From assembly GCA_900617105.1 (NCBI GenBank), contig UYFQ01000168.1, positions 1 through 39,495 of the forward strand: 39,495 nucleotides of DNA, given 5' to 3'. The notes under the pieces are model-generated. The model saw only the letters and a program-made list of their open reading frames with translations, was not told the DNA's origin and did no database searches. Below are positions 32,000 through 39,495 of the stretch, piece by piece. The first letter of the stretch is position 1. Each line of letters starts with the position of its first letter. A program made the translations under genes and the position numbers. The stretch is from Hydrurus foetidus. Lineage: Eukaryota.

Positions 32000-33379
32000 T
32001 CATGTTATTGACTGTAGATAGTGACATGCATGAGTCAGACTTGCTACACCGACATCTGACATGTTCTCATTGTAACCCACATCAATGCTTGTCAGTTCCC
32101 TGCATGTCTCTCCTATCGCAGCTAGTGATGCATCTGTCAGCTTATAGCAATCTGCAATATTGACTGTCTTTAGATGGCTGCATCCCTGGGCAAGACTTGC
32201 TATACCGACATCTGTGATGTTCCAGTTACAATTAATGTTAATGCTTGTCAGTCCCCTGCATGTCTCTCCTATCGCAGCCAATGATGCATCTGTCAGCGTC
32301 CCGCATAGCGCAATATTGATTGTATTCAGCTGGGTACAACCTTCGGTCAGACTTGCTACACCAAGGTCTGTAATGTCCCAGATACAATTTATACCAATGC
32401 TTGTCAGCGCCCTGCATGTCTCTCTTATCGCAGCTAGTGATGCATCTGTCAGGTAGTAGCAACTTTCAATATTGATTGACTGTAGTTGGCTGCATCCCTG
32501 GGTAAGACTTGCGATACCGGCATTTGTTAGATTCTCGTTATCTCTCATATCAATGCATGTCAGTCCCCTGCATGTCTCTCCCATCGCAGCTAGTGATGCA
32601 TCTGTCAGCGTCTTGCATCGCGCAATATTGATTGTATTCAGCTGGCCACATCCTTCGGTCAGACTTGCTATACCGACATCTGACACGTTCCTGTTATCAC
32701 TCACATCAATGCATGTCAGTCCCTTGCATATCTCTCTTATCGCAGCTAATGATGCATCTGTAAGCCTTTTGCACAGAGAAACATTTAGCGACTGTAAGTC
32801 CTTGCATCCCTGAGCAAGTGCCCTCACACCTTTGTCCTTAATCCCGTTGCATTCTCTTATATCAAGCGATGTCACTGCTTTGCAATGCTGACCTATTGCC
32901 GCAAGAGATTGACAAGTCAGATGCTGACAATGCACAAGCTCGATATTCAGCAAATTGACGCATCCTGCGGCTATCACTCCGGCACTGCCGTCACTCATAT
33001 CATAGCCATGGCTACCGTCAAATAAAAAGCTTGTAAGCTCAGGAAGACGAATGCCCTCGAACGTCGCATCTGTTAATCGCTCTGTGGGACATCCAGCTAT
33101 CCGCATTGATCATGTACGAGCTCCTCGATCTATCAGCCATCTTATCCACAATGGCGTGTACAACAGTCTTCGCAGTGGTCTGATATCAGGATGACTGCGT
33201 ACTACTCGCAACCATGTTGACATCATGTATCTATTACTCTGAGCAGCTGTGTCGAACGCCATGAGATCCGCAGCATTAAGCCACTCCAATGAGAGAAGCA
33301 AAAAGTGGTCATTGTACAGTCGAGAGCAGCCAGAAGAAGCCGAGGCCAGGGTGTCTATCGCGGAAGCTTGGTCAGCCAT
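32000..33379 (-). CDS. Cys-containing LRR (FBXL/AMN1-like) gene, copy 2; N-terminal F-box-like segment separated from the LRRs by one in-frame TGA
   Basis: ORF 33379-33110 (LLLSLEWLNAADL..FDTA..WLIDRGART) is in frame with 33106-32000, which has ~12 LRRs of 26 aa in a 52-aa dimer pattern. Confidence 0.8.
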
Positions 33380-34229
33380 CTGGAACCCACTTGCTGATGT
33401 ACCTGATAAGTCATAGCCCGCCTGGCGGACCGTGTCAGTGATGTCCTAGAGCCAGTAAAGTGTAAGAAGTAATTAGATAAAGCGGATGTATCGTTGCATC
33501 TGTGCAGACTTAGATTCAACCGACAAAATATTCGTCCATGCATCCATGCGTACATGGATCATGTCCTTCTTCTCGTAGATAGCCCCCTGCACTTCCATGT
33601 CAACTTCATCTCCTAGATTCATTCTTTGACCCAGCTCCACCCGCTTCTGCTTGGTTTCTTGTTCTCTCTTCCCTGCTGCGCCAAGCTCCTATAGCACAGC
33701 AGGTCATCGTAGAAACGTGAAATACAGGGCGAAGCGGAGAGTGATTGGGACACAAGATGATGCAAAGCAAAGCAACGCAACGCAGCTCAACACGACACAA
33801 AATAACACAACTCATATCATCATCATATAGGCCAGCTGCAATCACACGCATCTACGGGTGCGACGTATCATCGCACCTTCTCAACAGTCTCAGCAATCGT
33901 GGCACCTTGGACGGCGTCTTGCATCTCCTCCTGGTCGATGTGAACAAGTGAACACCTTGTAGAATCCGAGATGGTGGGAGGTACAACGATTCGCTTCTGA
34001 AGAGCGTTCAAGTTCCTACGAACGAAGGCTGAGTTCAAGAGTTCGGTGGGCCAGCCATCGAATGAGACGAGACCAGTCAGTCAGAACGAGTTGCCGAATC
34101 CTGATATCTTGATATATACTTTGTGCGAAGTGAGAGAGAGTCTTCGGGGAGTGTGAGGCACATTTTTTACAGAGAGCGGACAGCGGGGAAAGGGTACGAG
34201 AGGTATGATCTTGCTTGGATCTTGGACCG

Positions 34230-34750
34230 GACCTTGAATTCTTGTCCCAGGTCATGGGCGTGAGTTCATCACCAAGAAGAAGCTCATCGGATGCATTTCG
34301 GTATGGGGAATCGAGTTTCTTGATCGTGCACGTTGGAGCCGAGGGCGACGAGGAAATGTTAAAATTGTCCGCAAGCAAGATGGGAGCAGGACAGTACGTA
34401 AGGTCAGATCGGTTAGGGATGAGCTCAAGGCTCCTCGTTTATTGAAGATCCACGTTAAATCTGGACCCACCCCTATAACCGACAATCCACACACACTTCT
34501 TACGGTTCTTTTTCGCAAATAATATTCCACGGAAAAAGTGTGTGTGGATTGTCGGTTGTAGGGGTGGGTCCAGATTTAACGTGGATCATCGATAAACGAG
34601 GAGCCTTGGGCTTAAGGAAATCCATCGTAGGACCCCTATGACTCTAGCGCGTACTCTCTAAATACTCACGTGCGCGCACAGGGTATCACCGAGGACGACC
34701 GCAGGGACAGACATAATTATGCGGCGGCGTCTAGTGTCCTCATGACCTGA
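34230..34750 (+). pseudogene. Degenerate tyrosine recombinase (DIRS/Ngaro-type) remnant, interrupted by a hairpin element
   Basis: Fragments VGAEGDEEML, RKQDGSRTVRKVRSVRDELK and THVRAQGITEDDRRDRHNY match the 35988-36749 ORF (SGAGGEEEML, RRPDGSRLPLRSRAVRDELK, THMRALGASEDDRRDRGNY). Confidence 0.75.
34426..34608. mobile_element. Fold-back MITE (183 bp, ~73-bp inverted arms) with CAAGG...CCTTG ends
   Basis: Arms 34426-34498 and 34536-34608 are reverse complements with few mismatches. It interrupts the YR reading frame at RDELK. Confidence 0.8.
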
Positions 34751-35178
34751 GCATGATAGCGAGAAGACCACTACCAACAGGAATGAGACAACCAGCGGCA
34801 CCCTAGGTAGGGGTGGTTGAAGGGCTTCTCTGGGTACATGATCAATCCTATGCCAGTGCAGCCGACTGAGTCAGTGGCTATGGGGACAGGGTGAGCGGGC
34901 ACTAGCTGGTGCGCGAGTGACGCCAACTGTAGGACAATTCACATGAGTTAATAAACAGTCTGTTATCACGAGTTCCTGACCGCTTTGAGGGTTGTTTGGA
35001 GGCTAACCCTTCAAACGGGGGGTACGGTATCAAACGACCAGGAAGCGGCCAGAATGCAGAGGAACAGGTCGAACCCTCCCCCTTCGTTGCTCCAAAGCAC
35101 CGTTTCATTTCGTTGATTCCAGTTTTAAAGTTCCAGTTCCTTCGGAGAGAAGGGTTTGGATCTTGGAATCTTCTGATG

Positions 35179-36713
35179 ATTCTATTTTACTATCGTCGCC
35201 CTGTCCCTTTGGGGATAATACCCCATTTATCTCTCCTAATTCTCGACACCTTGTGTAGAGTTGATATCGAGGAACATGTTCCAAAACAAAAGGTATTGTT
35301 ATCTTACGTTTGGTCGCGCTTGCGCACCATAGGCTTCACGATCCATCCCCCGCCCCCGCTCCCTTCATTTTCAATCGGGGTTTGCGGTCAGGGGGAGGAC
35401 CGTGGGTCAGATTCCACTTCACCATCTGACACGCAAGTGGTCAGACAACACTACAAAATGTATAATTCTAAATAAAAAATCAAATGTAAGGAATGGTTGG
35501 CTACGGGGTGATCAAAAAGCAAAGGTATTTCGTCTAAGCTCGCGAAATCGAATATTTATGCGAGTGATGTGCTGAGTGAATGAGTAATTGACAAGCTTGC
35601 TTCGCAGGCAATTACTTCTTCGCTCCGGTCAGCGGTCCTTGCTCCTTGCCGCTCCAGAGAACCTATACTGCCGCAACGGCATCCCTGAATTCTATTTTAC
35701 TATCGTCGCCCTGTCCCTTTGGGGATAATACCCCATTTATCTCTCCTAATTCTCGACACCTTGTGTAGAGTTGATATCGAGGAACATGTTCCAAAACAAA
35801 AGGTATTGTTATCTTACGTTTGGTCGCGCTTGCGCACCATAGGCTTCACGATCCATCCCCCGCCCCCGCTCCCTTCATTTTCAATCGGGGTTTGCGGTCA
35901 GGGGGAGGACCGTGGGTCAGATTCCACTTCACCCGCCTTCATTCAAGGGGACCTGACCGTACGAATCCTACTGTTTGCTCCATGTCCCTACTTCTTAACC
36001 TGTCTGACAGGTGGTATCAGACGCTTTACATCCCTCAGAGTCGGCTTGTACCCTCCCACGAGGCTGTTTGAGGCCAGGGGCCCAAGTCCAGTGGCGTAGT
36101 CGTACGTGTTATTCATCACTTGGGATCCCGGGGCATAGTTTCCTCTGTCCCTGCGGTCGTCCTCGCTTGCTCCCAGCGCGCGCATGTGTGTGATGGCGCC
36201 CTTCCTCAAAGAGTGAGAACTGAAGTAGAAAGGTGGCAGCCCGTTTTTCTCGCACGTACGCTTCAGCTCATCGCGTACGGCCCTCGATCTCAGTGGAAGT
36301 CTGCTGCCATCGGGTCTGCGGCAGCTGAGCATTTCTTCCTCTCCTCCTGCTCCGCTGTTTACCAGGAACCCCATGATATCCTCGAGGAATAGTGCTTCTT
36401 CAGGTGATCTTCTTGCGACGAGCTTATCCTTGATCGTTACCTTCCCTTTTGATGTCACCGTTCGTACGCGGCACTCAGCGATCTGTTTCATTCCTTTTGC
36501 TGACTGGTGTAGGCCTAATGCTGCAAGTGCACTTCCAGCCACACTTGTGGTTTGATCACCCTCCTCGATCGTGAAGGTCAGGTCGTCGGTTCTGACACAA
36601 TGGTCAACCGCTCCTGGCTCCGGCTGGGTATACTCCGACACTCTAGCCCCCATTTCAAAACCCCACATGCAGCTCAGGTACGTCATCGTACGGTTACTGC
36701 TACTGTAGCAGCA
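35179..36713 (-). mobile_element. 5'-truncated tyrosine-recombinase retrotransposon with split direct repeats (Ngaro/PAT-like B1-A2-B2 end)
   Basis: Identical 245-bp direct repeats at 35689-35933 and 35179-35423, separated by 265 bp, immediately downstream of the YR ORF. Confidence 0.75.
35988..36713 (-). CDS. Tyrosine recombinase catalytic domain (N-terminally truncated)
   Basis: GFEMGARVSEY (catalytic R), TSK, SSHSLRKG (HxxR), RGNY and TYDY (catalytic Tyr candidate). Confidence 0.85.
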   Translation of the reverse strand, partial: CCYSSSNRTMTYLSCMWGFEMGARVSEYTQPEPGAVDHCVRTDDLTFTIEEGDQTTSVAGSALAALGLHQSAKGMKQIAECRVRTVTSKGKVTIKDKLVARRSPEEALFLEDIMGFLVNSGAGGEEEMLSCRRPDGSRLPLRSRAVRDELKRTCEKNGLPPFYFSSHSLRKGAITHMRALGASEDDRRDRGNYAPGSQVMNNTYDYATGLGPLASNSLVGGYKPTLRDVKRLIPPVRQVKK

Positions 36714-36857
36714 GAACATCTCTGTCACTGGACTGGACCTGACTCTCAAACCTGTTTGCTTCTGATCTCATCTACTTACCATTGAATTTTCTTCTCACAG
36801 TAGCACTGCTCTGTTCTAACATGTTCTTATCTATTGTGTTGTTCCACTGGTTGTCAG

Positions 36858-38690
36858 GTCAAGGGCGCCTTCACAGCTGCTGCCCCTATCTCGGTGGACA
36901 CCCTCAACTACTTCGCATCCCTCGACATCCCCGTATATGAGGTACAGCATCGGCTCAACTGATTCAAACTGATTTGATTTCTTATTCTTAGTCAATCTAA
37001 TTGCCACTTGCGACACATTCCTTGCATTCAATCACAGAATCTCTCTTCTCCCATTCATTTTCCTCCCGCATTGTATCCCAATCTTGACCATGTCGTGACC
37101 GTCATGTGATTGTGATTGTGACTGTGACATTAGGTGTTCGGTCAGTCCGAGTGCACTGGCCCCCACACAGTATCCTCTCCGGGTAACTGGAAGATCGGAT
37201 CATGCGGTAGACCAATCCCCGGATCCACCACTCTAGTGGACAAGAACAACGGAGAACTCTGCTACAAAGGTATGCGCCGCAATGAACTGTCAGTGATGAT
37301 GTGTTCTGTCAGCTGTGATGTGCTATGCGGAGCTGCATGCTGCTGTACAGTGTGATCTGGTGCATCTGCTGCGTCCACCGTATATCAATGCAGTACCTAT
37401 TTCTTTTCAGCCCACCTTTCTGTCCCCATTCACCCTTCTGCTCATCTTCAACTGAACTGATGTCTATTGTTTCATTCCATCCACACAATGCGCACCCACA
37501 GGTCGTCACGTGTTCATGGGATACATGTACATGCCCGACAAGACAGCAGAGACCATCGACAATGATGGTGAGGACTCTGTTTGATATGATGTTACGATTT
37601 ACCGATACACAGCACCACTGACCATTCGTGCCGCATACCGCCCATCTTATCGACACCCCAATCCATTGTATCGCATCCTTCTTACATCAGCCACCATTTC
37701 ATGGATTAACCCTCAGAGGGACGCATCTTCCCTCCTCTTCCTATGCCTCTTCTCTCCTCTCACCTACATCGCATCACATCAAACGATATCTGCACAGCGT
37801 TGACGTGGTGGAGCTGGATGAGAACAACCACCCACTGGTGCCCGCCCCCTCAGGATTCATGCGGGTAAAACTATTACTAGACTTGCCCATTACTTATCTT
37901 CATCCTAGCGTCAGTATGGGATGAGATAGTACACGTACAAGCTAAAAAACAGGAAGATAGGACGAGATCTCATCGTATCTTCCACTCATTTGTCCCTCTT
38001 CAATCTTCAATCTTACCAATGCCGCGCACATTACGTCTTATCTAATCCTGCACCTGTCACTGTCCCTGTTTAACCTTCTCTCTTCTCTCTCTCTCTCCAC
38101 TCCTCTTTGTCTTCAGATCACGGGGCGCATCAAGGAATTGATCATCACTGCCGGAGGAGAGAACGTCCCACCTGTTCTCATCGAAGACGCCATGAAGGTG
38201 AAACCCTCTTAATGCAACTGATGCATCTACTCTCCTCTCTCTCCTCCCCTCTCTACCTTCTTCTCCTTCTCTCTTTCCTCCTCCTACCAATCTTCCCACG
38301 TTGTCTACGTCATTGGTCTTTGTCTCCTCTCGCATCACTATGACACGCCTTCTCATGCTGCAACTCTCAGCTACTCCGCTTTCTTTTCATTTCACTTACT
38401 TTCTTAGTAGGATAATGTTATGCTGATGCTTTCTTTCTGTTTGATTTGTAACCCATTGTGCTTCTTAAGTCAAGTCGAGACCATTCATCTGCTCCCTTAT
38501 CTCACTCCATAGCATATTACGTCATCTTAACTCTATGTGCATCAAACCGTTTCATCTTATTCTCACTCTCCTTCCTGTTCATGTCCTTCTGTAGGGCCAA
38601 ATGGTCGCTCTGTCTAACTGCATGGTGATAGGCGACAGGAGGAAGTACCTCGCCATGGTGATCACGTTGAAGACTGAGATGGACTTGGAG
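36858..38690 (+). pseudogene. Internal fragment of a long-chain acyl-CoA synthetase (bubblegum/ACSBG-like), 6 exons
   Basis: Exons encode AFTAAAPISVDTLNYF..PVYE, VFGQSECTGPH..GELCYKG, RHVFMGY..TIDNDG, YLHSVD..GFMR, ITGRIKELIITAGGENVPP and SNCMVIGDRRKYL. The N- and C-termini are missing. The fourth exon lacks an AG acceptor and has GD changed to VD. Confidence 0.85.
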
Positions 38691-39194
38691 AATCCGTATG
38701 AAGCATCAGTGGAATGCACTCCCTGCAGCATAGACTGGTATGCCCCTGTTACTGGACTAGCGAATTGCAAAGAATGCAGGAGACCTCTTTACTCACCCGA
38801 TGGCATCCGATGCATCGCCCCTGAGATGCCTACTGGCGCACCCACTCAATTTGGAGAGTGCAGAAGGGGCTATGCGAATATCGGAGGGGTGTGCACACGT
38901 TGTCTAGAGGGAACATACTGGACGCCTTAAGAATGTGCACCATGTGCACTGGGGACTGTCAACTCTTTCCAAGCGCAATTGACGTGCTATTCATGCGGTG
39001 ACCGCGCCATTGCCCCTCAGCCCGGCATGACACACTGCACCCCCTGCGACAGTCAGTCGTACACACTCGATAGCATCACATGCATTCCTGCTAATGCGCC
39101 TTCTGCGCAGCCAATCACACCACCGAACTCCCCTCCCTGGTGGTGTCAAACATTCGGATGTGACGTCGCCATTGAGGCTAAGAAAGCCAATTAA
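38691..39194 (+). pseudogene. 3' part of a Cys-rich GCC2/GCC3-like repeat gene, fused in frame to the ACS fragment
   Basis: CTPC, CKEC, CTRCLEGTY, CAPCALGT and CYSC motifs. An in-frame TAA at 38928-38930, after which the same frame continues to 39194. Confidence 0.75.
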
Positions 39195-39495
39195 ACCCAT
39201 GAATCGACATCGGTACTCTCATTCCCTTAACAATTTACTTACAGAACCTAGAATAGCACGATGACTTTACATTAAACGACACAATTTGATATGATGATAC
39301 TAGATATTATACAGCACTTGGCTGAATAACTGTCGAAATGACGTGAACAAAATTAGACTTAATTACTTAACCACATTACATTATTATACTTCACTTCATC
39401 CTTCCGGACGAATCATTTACGAGAATATAGAGATCTCTGTAACAAAATATATATGCTTAACAACTCCTTTCACTTCTACTAAAGTTGACCAACAT

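Larger units (their letters stand above)
27861..34229. repeat. Tandem segmental duplication (units ~27861-31045 and ~31521-34229), each carrying an LRR gene
   Basis: Near-identical flanks at 3660-bp offset (27861-28340 vs 31521-32000) and matching 29850-31045 vs 33540-34229. Confidence 0.93.

Noticed and set aside
29350..33112. Selenocysteine or TGA recoding in the LRR genes
   Set aside because: The TGAs sit at probable Arg (CGN) positions rather than Cys positions, no SECIS was recognised, and other ORFs in the window end normally at TGA.

Overview
Eukaryotic, intron-containing and repeat-rich DNA with GT-AG introns and the standard genetic code. Gene content suggests a stramenopile or protist, which is an inference. 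The central feature is a nested insertion. A young Ty1/Copia LTR retrotransposon spans 13842-26669, with 445-bp LTRs, an ACAGG TSD and an intact 1.57-kaa gag-pol. Its 5' LTR was split 8 bp from its tip by a 6.9-kb P-superfamily DNA transposon (13850-20721; 78-bp TIRs starting CAAGGGGG; 7-bp TSD GTTGGAA). This P element carries two convergent genes: a spliced DDE transposase that seems to lack the usual C-terminal domain, and an unknown ~496-aa ORF with motifs resembling that missing domain. The Copia has no tRNA-type PBS; its PBS is complementary to its own LTR, suggesting self-priming. Left of the insertion are a secreted Cys-rich repeat gene and a giant frameshifted surface-protein gene (Gly-rich domain, 59 near-identical 60-bp Cys-rich repeats, Pro/Thr stalk). 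Right of it are a tandem pair of LRR genes, two tyrosine-recombinase retroelement remnants (one with Ngaro/PAT-like split direct repeats, one interrupted by a hairpin MITE), and a chimeric acyl-CoA synthetase/Cys-rich pseudogene. All calls come from reading the sequence by eye; no database searches were run.
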